A stretch of DNA of 64,000 nucleotides from an uncultured Gemmatimonadaceae bacterium (GCA_963740355.1 CAVUDW010000002.1:480001-544000); one strand, 5' to 3'; numbered from the stretch's first letter, positions 10,264-20,005 are shown. Translations and numbers: made by a program. Notes: a model not told the origin generated them from the letters alone.

Positions 10264-12705
10264 TCAGACGACGATGTTCAGGAGCCGCCCGGGGATGTAG
10301 ATGACCTTCTTCGGCTCACCAACCACAAACTTCGCGATGTTCGGTTCGCGCAGTGCGGCGGCGTAGACGTCATCCTGGGTCGAGTCCCGGGCGACGACCA
10401 CCGTACCGCGAGTCTTGCCGCTGATCTGGACCGCGATGGTCAGCGTGTCCGAGACCAGCATTGCCGGATCATATGCGGGCCAGGCACTGTCGAAGACGGT
10501 CCCACCATGTCCGAGGTATTCCCAGCAGGCCTCGGCCATGTGCGGTGCGAATGGTGCAACCAGCTGCACCAGCGGAGCGACTTCCTCCCGATGCACCGTT
10601 CGCTCGCCAGCACGCAGCACGTTCACGTATTCCATCATCGCCGCGATGGCGGTGTTGTAACCGAGGGCCGGTATATCCTCGCCGACCTTCTTGATGGTCG
10701 CGTGCAACTTGCGCAGCACGGTGGCATCAGGGGCGCCGCTGGTGGTGCTTTCGTGCACTGAGCCCCAGATCCGTTCGAGGAAACGCCGCACACCGGTGAT
10801 GCCGCTGTCGCGGTAGTCGCCCCCTTCCTCGTACGGTCCGAGGAACATGAGGTAGGTGCGGAACGAGTCTGCGCCCCACCGGTCGATCAGCTCATCCGGG
10901 TTCACGACGTTGCCCTTCGACTTGGACATCTTCGCGCCTTCGCGGATGATCATGCCGTGGGCACGGAACCGCGTGAACGGTTCTTCGAAGTCGATCAGCC
11001 CAGCGTCGTGCAGCACCATCGTGATGAACCGAGCGTAGAGCAGGTGCAGCACGGCGTGTTCGTTGCCGCCGATATAGGTGCTGACCGGCAACCAGCGCTG
11101 GGTGAGCGCCGCGTCGAATGCGACGTCGCTCCGATCTGCACTCGGGTAGCGCAGGAAGTACCAGGCGCTGTCGAGGAAGGTGTCGGAGACATCCGTCTCG
11201 CGCCGACTCATGATGCCGCACTGCGGACAGGGCACGCGGTACCACTCGTCGTGCCGTGCCAGCGGCGAAATCCCGCTGTCGTCGGGGCGGAAGTCCTCGA
11301 TCAGGGGCAGCACGACCGGCAGCTGATCCTCGGGCACCGGCACCGGCCCGCAACTGTCGCAGTAGATGATCGGGATCGGCGGGCCCCAATAGCGCTGACG
11401 CGAGATGCACCAGTCATTGAGGCGGTAGTTCACCACCGGCGTGGCACTGCTCCGCTCCTCGAGCCATGCCACGACGGCCTTCTTCGCCTGCGGCACTGGC
11501 ATGCCGGAGAAGTGACCGGAGTTCACCAGCACGTCGGCGTCCGACTTGGCGGCATACGCTTCGACGAGGGGTGCGGCCGCATCTCCATCCACGGGTGAGA
11601 CCACCCGAACGATCGGCAGCGCGAACTTCTCGGCGAACTCGAAATCGCGTTCGTCATGGCCCGGTACGCCCATGACTGCGCCGGTACCGTACTCCATCAG
11701 CACGTAGTCCGCGACCCAGACCGGGATCGGGTGCCCGGTGGCAGGGTTGATCGCGACCGCGCCGGTGAAGACACCGGTCTTTTCCTTGCTCACCTTCCGC
11801 GACACGACGTCCTGCGTCTTGGTGCGCTCGAGGTACGCGTCGACCTCCGCGCGCTGCGCAGGCGTCACGATCTGGGCGACCAGGGGATGCTCGGGCGCGA
11901 GCACCACCCACGTGGCGCCGAAGATCGTGTCGGGCCGCGTGGTGAAGACCGTCACGTCATGGTCGTTCGCGACGCGGAAGGTGACATGCGCACCCTCGCT
12001 TCGGCCGATCCAGTTCCGCTGCGCCTGGCGTGTCGTTTCGGACCAGTCGAGCGTGGCAATGTTGTCCAGAAGGCGCGGGGCGTACTGGGAGGTGCGGAAG
12101 AACCACTGCTCCAGCAGCCGCTGCTCCACCAGTGCGTCGCACCGCTCGCAATGGCCGTCCTTGACCTGCTCGTTGGCGAGCACGGTCTTGTCGTTGGGAC
12201 ACCAGTTGACGGCTGCCGCCTTCTTGTATGCGAGCCCCTGCTTGTAGAGCTGCAGGAAGAGCCACTGCGTCCACTTGTAATAGCTGGGGTCGCTAGTGAC
12301 GACTTCCCTGCTCCAGTCGACCATCAGCCCGGAACGACGCAGCTGCTTGCGGAAGTTTTCGACGTTCTTGGGCGTCAGCGAGGCGGGATGGGCCCCGACC
12401 TTGATCGCAAAGTTTTCGGAATGGATCCCGAAGCTGTCGAAACCGATTGGCTCGAAAACAGTTCGTCCTTGCATCCGCTGGAACCGGCCGTGAATGTCGG
12501 CGCCAGTGAAGGCGAACAGGTTTCCGATGTGCAGCCCTTCCGCTGATGGATAGGGAAACATCATCAGCTGGTAGTACGGATCTTTCCCCTGCCAGAGTTC
12601 GGGGGAGTTGGTCCCCTGTTCGGCCCAGCGGTGCTGCCAGATCTCTTCGATGGCGGCAGGATCGTAGGCGGGGGTCTCTGGCGGGACGGACTGTGTATCG
12701 GACAT
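10264..12705 (-). CDS. leuS: leucine--tRNA ligase
   Basis: MFPYPSAEGLHIGN, TVLANEQV, editing-domain FTTRPDT and GTGAVMGVPGHDERD, DWCISRQRYWG, KMSKS. Confidence 0.97.
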   Translation of the reverse strand: MSDTQSVPPETPAYDPAAIEEIWQHRWAEQGTNSPELWQGKDPYYQLMMFPYPSAEGLHIGNLFAFTGADIHGRFQRMQGRTVFEPIGFDSFGIHSENFAIKVGAHPASLTPKNVENFRKQLRRSGLMVDWSREVVTSDPSYYKWTQWLFLQLYKQGLAYKKAAAVNWCPNDKTVLANEQVKDGHCERCDALVEQRLLEQWFFRTSQYAPRLLDNIATLDWSETTRQAQRNWIGRSEGAHVTFRVANDHDVTVFTTRPDTIFGATWVVLAPEHPLVAQIVTPAQRAEVDAYLERTKTQDVVSRKVSKEKTGVFTGAVAINPATGHPIPVWVADYVLMEYGTGAVMGVPGHDERDFEFAEKFALPIVRVVSPVDGDAAAPLVEAYAAKSDADVLVNSGHFSGMPVPQAKKAVVAWLEERSSATPVVNYRLNDWCISRQRYWGPPIPIIYCDSCGPVPVPEDQLPVVLPLIEDFRPDDSGISPLARHDEWYRVPCPQCGIMSRRETDVSDTFLDSAWYFLRYPSADRSDVAFDAALTQRWLPVSTYIGGNEHAVLHLLYARFITMVLHDAGLIDFEEPFTRFRAHGMIIREGAKMSKSKGNVVNPDELIDRWGADSFRTYLMFLGPYEEGGDYRDSGITGVRRFLERIWGSVHESTTSGAPDATVLRKLHATIKKVGEDIPALGYNTAIAAMMEYVNVLRAGERTVHREEVAPLVQLVAPFAPHMAEACWEYLGHGGTVFDSAWPAYDPAMLVSDTLTIAVQISGKTRGTVVVARDSTQDDVYAAALREPNIAKFVVGEPKKVIYIPGRLLNIVV

Positions 12706-12782
12706 CGGCAGGATCAGGACGCCCGAGGGCATCAGTTCAGTTCGGTGGTTCGCAAGTCTGCGTCTCTCTCTAACTTACCCGC

Positions 12783-14519
12783 GTGCCGTCTCCCTCTGAA
12801 AGCGCGAAAGTCGTGTGCCGGCACCTCGGCATCGGGGTGGCGGTGATTGCCTTGGCGTCGTGCGGGAAGGGGACGACTGATTCGCCACCGTTGCCGCTGA
12901 CGACGGCGGCCAGGGTCGAGGTCCAGCTCGCCAGCGATTCGGTGCTCGTGGGCGACTCGATCGCTGCCACCGCTCGCGGCGTGAACCGTGACGGAGCAGT
13001 GGTCCCGTTGGCCGTCGTCGTGTGGTCGACGGCTGATTCGAGCATCGGTTCGGTCTCCCCCGGTGGGATGCTGCGGGCCCGCAACGTCGGCACCGCTCGC
13101 CTCGATGTGCTTGGCGACGGCGCCGTCGGCTCACGGACCGTTCGGATCGTGCCGCGCGAGCTGCGTGTGCGGGTGGTGGCGCCGGACACTGCCCAGTTGG
13201 TCGATGACATCCCGGTCTCGGCAGAAGTTGAGACGCCAGAGGGGGTGCGCCTCTCGGAAGTCGCCCCGCGCTTTGCCGTCGCTGATCCGACGATCGCAAC
13301 GATTGGTGCGATCGCGGTGGGCCAGGCTCGGGTCAGCGCGAACCGCGCCGGCGTGACCGAGCTGCTGGCGATCGTGGGTCGCGACACCACGCGTCGACGT
13401 TTCGTGGTGCGTACCACGCCGCTCCGCTCGCTGACCGTGAGTGTCGAGACACGCATCATCGCCATCGGCGACAGCGCGCCCTACACCCTGACGGCCATCG
13501 ATACCGGCGGGCGGATCGTGCCGACCCGTGGCACCGATGTCGGAGTCGAGCCGAGTGGGACGATGGTCGTGCGCAATGGATATCTGGTCGCGACGGGCGC
13601 GGGGCGTGTGGAGTTGCGCGCGATCAATGGCGGCTTCATGGCGCGGGACACCGTCACTGGTCAGCCTCCCTCGGAATTCCCGCTGGAGATCGTGGACGGC
13701 GACGGCCAGAATCCCCTTCCGCTGCGCGTCCTGCTGAGCATGGAGCGGGTGGCGGTGAAGTGGCGCCGGATCATCCGCAGTGCGCCTCCCGGCGAGACTG
13801 TGCGACTGCAACTGGGCGAGTGCCGCAACGCAGTGCCGGTGAGCCAGTTCATCTCCGGCGTGCGAGTGCTGATCAAGATCGACTCGTTGCGACAGAACGT
13901 GCTGGCGCAGGGGGGGCCATGTGTCATGCGTTCGAACGGGCTGCCGCTGCTGGGGACGATCCAGCTCAACTATTTCTATTACAACACGCTCAGCGACCGG
14001 AAGCTGGACGACCTCATCATGCACGAGGTTGGTCACGTGCTCGGTATCGGGAGCCTGTGGGGTCGCGGGCAGTACGCGCCGCTGGTGGTTGGGGACAGCA
14101 ATGCAGTGGATCCGATTTTCGTCGGCCCGAACACTCTTGGTGCGTTTGCCCGACTTGGCGGGAGTGCTCGCTTCACCGGCCGTCGTGTGCCGATCGAAAT
14201 CCAGGTGTTGGGCCATTGGCGCACCAACGCGTTCGGTGGCGAACTGATGGCGCCATCCCTCACCACCGCACCGCAGCCGACGTCGGCCGTCACGGTTGCG
14301 GCACTGCGTGACCTCGGGTGGAACGTCGAGCCGGAGGCGTACGAGGAATATCAGCTGCCATCATCCGTGCTGGCTGGCCTCGTGGCGCCACGGGTCGTCA
14401 GCGTACCGAATTCGGAGACGCATTCGCTCGGCGGCGATGTGCTCCTGCCGCAGATGATGATCCTGCCAGGTGGTCGGCAGGTGCGACTCGATCCGTCGGG
14501 GCGACCGATCCTGCGCTGA
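12783..14519 (+). CDS. lipoprotein with Ig-like (Big_2-like) repeats and leishmanolysin-like (M8) zinc metallopeptidase domain
   Basis: Lipobox LASC; WSTADSSIGSVSPGG Ig-like motif; HEVGH zinc motif, downstream GHW and ELM Met-turn. Confidence 0.8.
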   Translation: MPSPSESAKVVCRHLGIGVAVIALASCGKGTTDSPPLPLTTAARVEVQLASDSVLVGDSIAATARGVNRDGAVVPLAVVVWSTADSSIGSVSPGGMLRARNVGTARLDVLGDGAVGSRTVRIVPRELRVRVVAPDTAQLVDDIPVSAEVETPEGVRLSEVAPRFAVADPTIATIGAIAVGQARVSANRAGVTELLAIVGRDTTRRRFVVRTTPLRSLTVSVETRIIAIGDSAPYTLTAIDTGGRIVPTRGTDVGVEPSGTMVVRNGYLVATGAGRVELRAINGGFMARDTVTGQPPSEFPLEIVDGDGQNPLPLRVLLSMERVAVKWRRIIRSAPPGETVRLQLGECRNAVPVSQFISGVRVLIKIDSLRQNVLAQGGPCVMRSNGLPLLGTIQLNYFYYNTLSDRKLDDLIMHEVGHVLGIGSLWGRGQYAPLVVGDSNAVDPIFVGPNTLGAFARLGGSARFTGRRVPIEIQVLGHWRTNAFGGELMAPSLTTAPQPTSAVTVAALRDLGWNVEPEAYEEYQLPSSVLAGLVAPRVVSVPNSETHSLGGDVLLPQMMILPGGRQVRLDPSGRPILR

Positions 14520-14538
14520 GGCGCGATTCGATCAAGGA

Positions 14539-14796
14539 CCCCGATCAAGGGGTCAGAGATCTTGGTCGGGGAATCTGGGGCGTAACCTGTTCGACGCCAT
14601 TGGGTTAGGCCCCGATCAAGGGGTCGGAGATCTTGCTCGGGGAATCTGGGGCGTAACCTGTTCAACGCCATTGGGTTAGGCCCCGATCAAGGGGTCGGAG
14701 ATCTTGCTCGACCAAGGGGTCAGAGATCTTGCTCGGCTTGATTCGGCCCTAACGCGTTTGCCAACATTGGGTTAGGTGTCGATCAAGATCTCCGAC
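14539..14796. repeat. intergenic modular repeat cluster, locus A (REP/BIME-like)
   Basis: 25-bp core CGAYCAAGGGGTCRGAGATCTTGST at 14542, 14613, 14684 and 14709, plus an inverted partial copy at 14780; spacings 71, 71, 25, 71. Confidence 0.9.
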
Positions 14797-14925
14797 TCCG
14801 CCCCTGCATGCCGCGGGTCACAGCAGGCGACCGTCGGCCGAGTGAGTGGGACTGCGCAATAACTTGCGACGCGCAGCCGGCCGCCCGCCGCGCGCGACTC
14901 CACCTGCCTCCCGAGATCTCCGATC

Positions 14926-15312
14926 ATGCCCGACGTTCGCCACCTGTCGTGGGACACCGTTCCGCGTGAAGAACTGACGCCCGTCATCAGCCGACAGCTG
15001 ATCACGACTGAGCGGATGATGATGGCGCATGTGCACCTGAAGAAGGGTGCGATCGTGCCGGCACACGATCATCACAACGAGCAGTTCACATACATCCTTT
15101 CCGGCGTGCTTCGCTTCTGGATCGGCGAACATGCCGATGCACCGGGCGACACCTACATCGACGTCAAGCCGGGTGAAGTGCTGGTCATTCCAAGCATGGT
15201 GCGACACCGCGCCGAGGCGCTCGAGGATACGCTCGACATGGATGTGTTCAATCCGCCGCGGCAGGATTGGCTGGACGGCAGCGACGCCTACATCCGCAGC
15301 GGCTCGAAGTAG
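14926..15312 (+). CDS. cupin domain protein
   Basis: Cupin motifs PAHDHHNEQFTYILSG and GEVLVIPSMVRH; DVFNPPRQDW. Confidence 0.9.
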   Translation: MPDVRHLSWDTVPREELTPVISRQLITTERMMMAHVHLKKGAIVPAHDHHNEQFTYILSGVLRFWIGEHADAPGDTYIDVKPGEVLVIPSMVRHRAEALEDTLDMDVFNPPRQDWLDGSDAYIRSGSK

Positions 15313-15313
15313 C

Positions 15314-16102
15314 ATGGACTTCCGCATCAAGGGAAAGGTCGCGCTGGTGTGCGGTGCCAGCAAAGGCATTGCGTACGCGACAGCTGAAGAACTGGCGAAG
15401 GAAGGCTGTTCGCTTGCGATCTGCTCTCGCGATGCAGATGCCATCAACGCCGCCGCATCACACCTGCGGGCATTTGGCGTGCCGGTGCTGGCTATCGTGG
15501 CGGATCTGTCGACGATCGAGGGGATCGAGTCGGTGGTGCGTGAGACGCACTCGGAATACGGCCACGTCGACATCCTGATCGCCAACACCGGGGGCCCGCC
15601 GACCGGGCCGGCGATGGAGCATGACTGGGCAGCGTGGACGAAGGCGAGCGAGTTGTTGTTGCGCAGCGCGGTGGAGTTGACGCGCGCGTTCGTACCAGGC
15701 ATGCGCGAGCGAAAGTGGGGGCGCGTGATCAGCATTACGTCAAAGGCAGTGAAGGAGCCGGTGCCGTCACTGGTGTTGAGCAACAGCCTGCGCGCCGCCG
15801 TGACCGGATACTTGCGCACCCTGTCGAACGAAGTGGCCGCGGACGGCGTAACGGTCAATACAGTGCTGCCGGGATTCACTGCGACTGAACGACTCGAGAA
15901 ACTCGCCGAGGCGAACATGCAGCGCACCGGCGCATCGAAGGACTCGGTGTACGCCGGCTGGGTTGCGCAAACGCCGGCCGGCCGACTGGGTCAGGCCGAT
16001 GAACTGGCCGCGACGATTGCGTTCCTCGCCTCGGATCGCGCCGGCTTCATCACCGGCCAGGCGATTCTCGTTGACGGTGGCGCCGTCAACACCTTGTTGT
16101 AG
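15314..16102 (+). CDS. SDR family oxidoreductase (3-oxoacyl-ACP reductase-like)
   Basis: ATG 1 nt after the cupin stop; GKVALVCGASKGIA, NTGGPP, GVTVNTVLPG, FITGQAILVDGG. Confidence 0.9.
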   Translation: MDFRIKGKVALVCGASKGIAYATAEELAKEGCSLAICSRDADAINAAASHLRAFGVPVLAIVADLSTIEGIESVVRETHSEYGHVDILIANTGGPPTGPAMEHDWAAWTKASELLLRSAVELTRAFVPGMRERKWGRVISITSKAVKEPVPSLVLSNSLRAAVTGYLRTLSNEVAADGVTVNTVLPGFTATERLEKLAEANMQRTGASKDSVYAGWVAQTPAGRLGQADELAATIAFLASDRAGFITGQAILVDGGAVNTLL

Positions 16103-16134
16103 TTCGATCTTCTTCTTTTGACGACGACACCATC

Positions 16135-17061
16135 ATGAGTCAGATTGCGGCGACCGAGTGGATATGGCGCGACGGGGCATTCATTCCCTGGGCAGACGCA
16201 CACGTGCACGTACTCAGCCACTCGATGCAGTTCGGGTCCTCGGCTTTCGAGGGTATCCGCTGCTATCACACACCAGACGGACCTGCAATTTTCCGGCTGC
16301 GCGAACACCTCACGCGGCTGCTCAATTCGGTGAAGATCTATCGCATGGAGCTGGACTACTCCATCGATGACCTGATGGCCGCCTGCTGCGAACTGGTGGT
16401 CCGGAACAAGATGGACGCCTGTTATCTGCGGCCGATGGTCGTGCGCGGTTACGGCGCGTCAGGCATGGTGCCGTTCGGCAGCCCGATCGAGGTCTACCTG
16501 CCATGCTGGCCGTGGGGGGCATACCTCGGCGACGAAGCGCTCGAGCATGGCGTGGATGCATGTGTCTCGAGTTGGCACCGCTTCGCACCGAACACGATTC
16601 CCTCGCTGGCCAAGGTCGCGGGGAATTATCTCGGCGGACAGCTGATCAAGATGGAGGCCCTCGCGAACGGTTTTGCGGAAGGCATCGCGCTCAGCCCAGC
16701 CGGCACCGTGAGTGAAGGGTCTGGCCAGAACGTGTTCCTCGTGATGGACGGGGCACTCGTCACGACGCCGCTGGATGGGTCGCTGCTCGGTGGCATCACG
16801 CGTGACAGCATCATCAAGCTGGCACAGCGTGAGGGACTGTCGGTGCGGGAACAGATCATTCCGCGCGAGATGCTGTACACCGCAGATGAAGTGTTCTTCA
16901 CCGGGACGGCAGCCGAGTTGACGCCTGTCCGCAGCGTCGATCGCATCAAGGTCGGTGCGGGCAAGGTCGGTCCGGTGACGAAGCAGATGCAGACGGCCTT
17001 CCTCGACATCGCGCATGGCCGCGCGCCCGACACCTTCGGCTGGCTGACGAAGGTGCGGTAG
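16135..17061 (+). CDS. ilvE: branched-chain amino acid aminotransferase
   Basis: FEGIRCY, IFRLREH..RL, PLP lysine in AKVAGNY, EGSGQN, LGGITRDS, ADEVFFTGTAAE. Confidence 0.95.
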   Translation: MSQIAATEWIWRDGAFIPWADAHVHVLSHSMQFGSSAFEGIRCYHTPDGPAIFRLREHLTRLLNSVKIYRMELDYSIDDLMAACCELVVRNKMDACYLRPMVVRGYGASGMVPFGSPIEVYLPCWPWGAYLGDEALEHGVDACVSSWHRFAPNTIPSLAKVAGNYLGGQLIKMEALANGFAEGIALSPAGTVSEGSGQNVFLVMDGALVTTPLDGSLLGGITRDSIIKLAQREGLSVREQIIPREMLYTADEVFFTGTAAELTPVRSVDRIKVGAGKVGPVTKQMQTAFLDIAHGRAPDTFGWLTKVR

Positions 17062-17063
17062 GA

Positions 17064-18842
17064 CTACACCGATGGTGGCGCGGCGAGTCTTGCCAGAGCA
17101 CCGGCGAGAAATTCGCTGCGCCACTGCTCGAGCCGCACGGCCGGAACGCGGCTGCTGGCCGCGGTTGCGGCCAGTGTCTCGCCTTGCAACAGCCGCATGA
17201 CAAGCGCCGCCTTCGCGTCGGCGCTGAAGAGCGCCAGTTCAGTCTCGCTCAGCTCGGGGCTCGCTGTCGCAGGCCTGGCGCGATCCACGCCGACGGCTCG
17301 CGCCGCGGGCACTGCACGTCGGGCCTCGATCGCACGCACGATCAAGCCAGTGAGCGCCTCGACATGCTGCAGTGCGTCAGCATCCGGCGCCGGGTCGCGA
17401 GCAGCCCGATCACCGTACAGGCATCCCACGATCTGATCGTCGACGATGATCGGGAAGATGCCGAATTGGCCGATTCCCAGCTTGGCCGCGAACCGCTGCT
17501 CGAGCGCGTTCATGCCTGTCTCGACACCGACGCAGTAGGTGCGGCGCTCGAGCAGCGCATTCGGGAGCGGGCCACCCTTCGGCGTCATCGGGAAGTCGAA
17601 CTGTGCCAGCGCCGACTCGACGCCGATGCCGAGCCCCGACCGCGCCCGCAGCCGCGAGCGATCGGGACTCAACACGCACGCCACGACACGATCGAATGGG
17701 GCTCCACGCAAGGCGCCTTCGAGGGCGATCAGCAGGACCTGCCCGAGGTCGCACTCCGATGCCGGATCGACCTTGGATTCGAGCTCGAGACGGAGCTTTT
17801 CGCGCAGCGATCGTGCTGCACTCACGTCATCGTCCGGCTCGATCGCGGCCCAGTCGTTGCCCAGTTCAGTCACGCCGAGAGCCGTGCAGGCGGCGTCGGA
17901 CAGCTGTCGCATGCGCAACGCATCGAGCTTCACGCCGGCGGTCACGAACAACTCGTGCGTCTCGTCGAGCGCCAGCGCGATGATGTCGCGCACCTGGCTG
18001 CGATTCAGCCGAAATTTCGGCGCGTAGCGCGCGACCACTGCGTCGAGATCCTTTTGCGCGTCGCCCGATTCCGCATCCCGACGGTAGATGACGTTGGTGA
18101 GATCGTGCGCGAACGATGTCACGGCGCTCGCAGTTGAGACGAGGCGCTTGGGCCGCGCCCGGATGGCCTGCGTGACACTGTCCGGCATTCCCCAATAGCG
18201 GCACATCGCCTCGCCCAGGTCCTCGTACCGGAAGCCGAGCACGGCCAGCGTCGCACTGGCTTCGTGCTGGTGGCGGTCTCGCACGAGTGTGTGGATCTGG
18301 GCGTAGTCGACGGGAAAGTGCGCTGCGATCAGCACTTCACCGAGATTGCGGCACATGCCGCAGAGGTGTGCCTCTTCCGGGTCACCGAGGCCGAGTCGCA
18401 CCGCGACTTCGCGCGCGTGGTTGGCGGTGAGCAGCGAGAGCAGCATCAGCTCCTTCAGCCCCGCGGAATGCTTGCGGTAGTTCTCGAACAACAGCAGGCT
18501 GCTGGCGAGTTGGCGAACGGTGCGCGCACCAAGCAGCACCATGGCGCGCGTCACACTCTGGATCTGCTTGTCGGCGCGACGGTAGTGGGCGCTGTTTGCA
18601 ATCCGGACCACGCTCAGCGTCAGGCTGTATTCCCGCAGCACGACATTGGTGAGCCGCTGCATCGAGCTCGCATCGTCCTCGAGCGCAGCGATCGTGTCTG
18701 CGATCTGCTGCGAGAGTGCCGGGAAGTCGCGGCCATCGAGAATCCTTGCCAGTCGCGCCTTGACGGGCGACTCGGCCGGGTCGGTGGCATCGATGTGGCC
18801 GACAGGTGGTTCCGGTCGGTCGGGCAGGGCGCGACTGTGCAT
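17064..18842 (-). CDS. HDOD domain protein with GAF-like domain and C-terminal HTH
   Basis: DFPALSQ...LTLSVVRIANSAHY, RAMVLLG, EEAHLCGM..NLG, YWGMP (HDOD); FPIIVDDQIVGCLYGDR (GAF-like); C-terminal helix-turn-helix-like segment. Confidence 0.85.
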   Translation of the reverse strand: MHSRALPDRPEPPVGHIDATDPAESPVKARLARILDGRDFPALSQQIADTIAALEDDASSMQRLTNVVLREYSLTLSVVRIANSAHYRRADKQIQSVTRAMVLLGARTVRQLASSLLLFENYRKHSAGLKELMLLSLLTANHAREVAVRLGLGDPEEAHLCGMCRNLGEVLIAAHFPVDYAQIHTLVRDRHQHEASATLAVLGFRYEDLGEAMCRYWGMPDSVTQAIRARPKRLVSTASAVTSFAHDLTNVIYRRDAESGDAQKDLDAVVARYAPKFRLNRSQVRDIIALALDETHELFVTAGVKLDALRMRQLSDAACTALGVTELGNDWAAIEPDDDVSAARSLREKLRLELESKVDPASECDLGQVLLIALEGALRGAPFDRVVACVLSPDRSRLRARSGLGIGVESALAQFDFPMTPKGGPLPNALLERRTYCVGVETGMNALEQRFAAKLGIGQFGIFPIIVDDQIVGCLYGDRAARDPAPDADALQHVEALTGLIVRAIEARRAVPAARAVGVDRARPATASPELSETELALFSADAKAALVMRLLQGETLAATAASSRVPAVRLEQWRSEFLAGALARLAAPPSV

Positions 18843-18925
18843 CGGTTTCCGGAGGGGAGGTGCTTCAGGGTATCGACCTGATCCGCCTGTTTCTTTCCCC
18901 TGTCAGTCGGTATTGTCGTTCCCTC

Positions 18926-19495
18926 ATGACCCGTTTCGCGACCGCACGACTCGATCTCGACTCTGTCGATTTGCGCCTGCTCGACGCGGCAATCGCTGGG
19001 CGCGAGGCCTTGGCGACGCACCTTGCCGCCTCGGTGCCCGCCACCTGGCCCCCAGAGACGCTCGACGCCGACGCCTACGCGTGGTTTCGCGAACGGCTGG
19101 TGGCCGATCCATCGCAGGAGTCGTGGTGGATGTACTTCGTGCTTCGCCGCGAGGCCAATGGGTCGCGTTCGCTGGTCGGGAGCGTGGGCTTCAAGGGACC
19201 GCCCGACGCTGACGGCATGGTGGAAATCGGGTACGGCATGGTCAGCGACGAATACCTGAAGGGCTACGCGTCAGAGGCAGCAGGCGCACTCGTCGCGTGG
19301 GCGTTTCGCGACCCTACGGTGCATCGCGTGATTGCCGAGACGCTCCCCGAGTTGATCGGATCGATGGGGGTGATGCGCCGATGTGGCATGCGGCCGCTGG
19401 ATGAAGCGCCGAACGAACCCGGCGGTGTGCGTTACGGGATCTCGCGCGCGGAATTCGAGCAATCCACCGGCGAGGGCGTAGCCTCGCCGGCATAG
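18926..19495 (+). CDS. GNAT family N-acetyltransferase (RimJ/RimL-like)
   Basis: VGSVGFKGPP..DGMVEIGYG, KGYASEA, VIAETLP. Confidence 0.88.
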   Translation: MTRFATARLDLDSVDLRLLDAAIAGREALATHLAASVPATWPPETLDADAYAWFRERLVADPSQESWWMYFVLRREANGSRSLVGSVGFKGPPDADGMVEIGYGMVSDEYLKGYASEAAGALVAWAFRDPTVHRVIAETLPELIGSMGVMRRCGMRPLDEAPNEPGGVRYGISRAEFEQSTGEGVASPA

Positions 19496-19505
19496 ATTGC
19501 AGGGC

Positions 19506-19985
19506 ATGTCTGCAACGTCGCCACTCGTGATCCCCGATCCACTGACCCTCCTGCCGCACCGGTTTCCGCTGCTGCTGGTGGATCGCATCACGAGCGTCGA
19601 ACCGGGCAAGCGCGCGACGGGCATCAAGACGGTCACCGGCAACGAATGGAGCACCATCGGGTCCAGTTACGACGCAGGCGCGCAATCGATGCCGCACCTG
19701 CTCATCGTCGAGGCGCTGGCGCAACTCTCCGCGGCGGTGCTGGTCACGTTGCTCGAAGGCAGTGAAGGAGCCATCGGCTACTTCCTTGGCTTCAGCAACG
19801 TGCGGTTCCGTGGTCGCGCCGCGCCGGGAGAGGTGCTGGCGCTGAGCATCGAGCTGAAGCAGTTCAAGCGCGGCGTCTGCAAGACGCGAGGCGTGGCGCG
19901 CGTGGGTGACTGCGACATCGTGCGCGCCGACCTGACGACCATCATCCGAGTGGCGGACGCGAAGGAGCGGGCAGCGCTGGCGTGA
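19506..19985 (+). CDS. fabZ: FabZ-like 3-hydroxyacyl-ACP dehydratase paralog (hot-dog fold)
   Basis: LLPHRFPLLLVDRI, KTVTGNE, MP.LLIVEALAQ, VRFR...PG; the canonical GHFP catalytic-His segment is missing. Confidence 0.75.
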   Translation: MSATSPLVIPDPLTLLPHRFPLLLVDRITSVEPGKRATGIKTVTGNEWSTIGSSYDAGAQSMPHLLIVEALAQLSAAVLVTLLEGSEGAIGYFLGFSNVRFRGRAAPGEVLALSIELKQFKRGVCKTRGVARVGDCDIVRADLTTIIRVADAKERAALA

Positions 19986-20005
19986 GTGTCAGCGCTGCCC
20001 AGCGC

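Noticed and set aside
14580..14780. Integron attC sites (TAAC...GTTAGGC resembles RYYYAAC/GTTRRRY)
   Set aside because: The boxes span only 25 bp, far shorter than attC sites; no gene cassettes lie between them; the locus B copies break the GTTRRRY consensus; no intI is seen.
14521..14800. oriC or dif interpretation of the GATC-rich repeats
   Set aside because: No DnaA-box cluster or AT-rich unwinding element is seen, there is no match to the XerC/XerD dif consensus, and the motif occurs at two separate loci.
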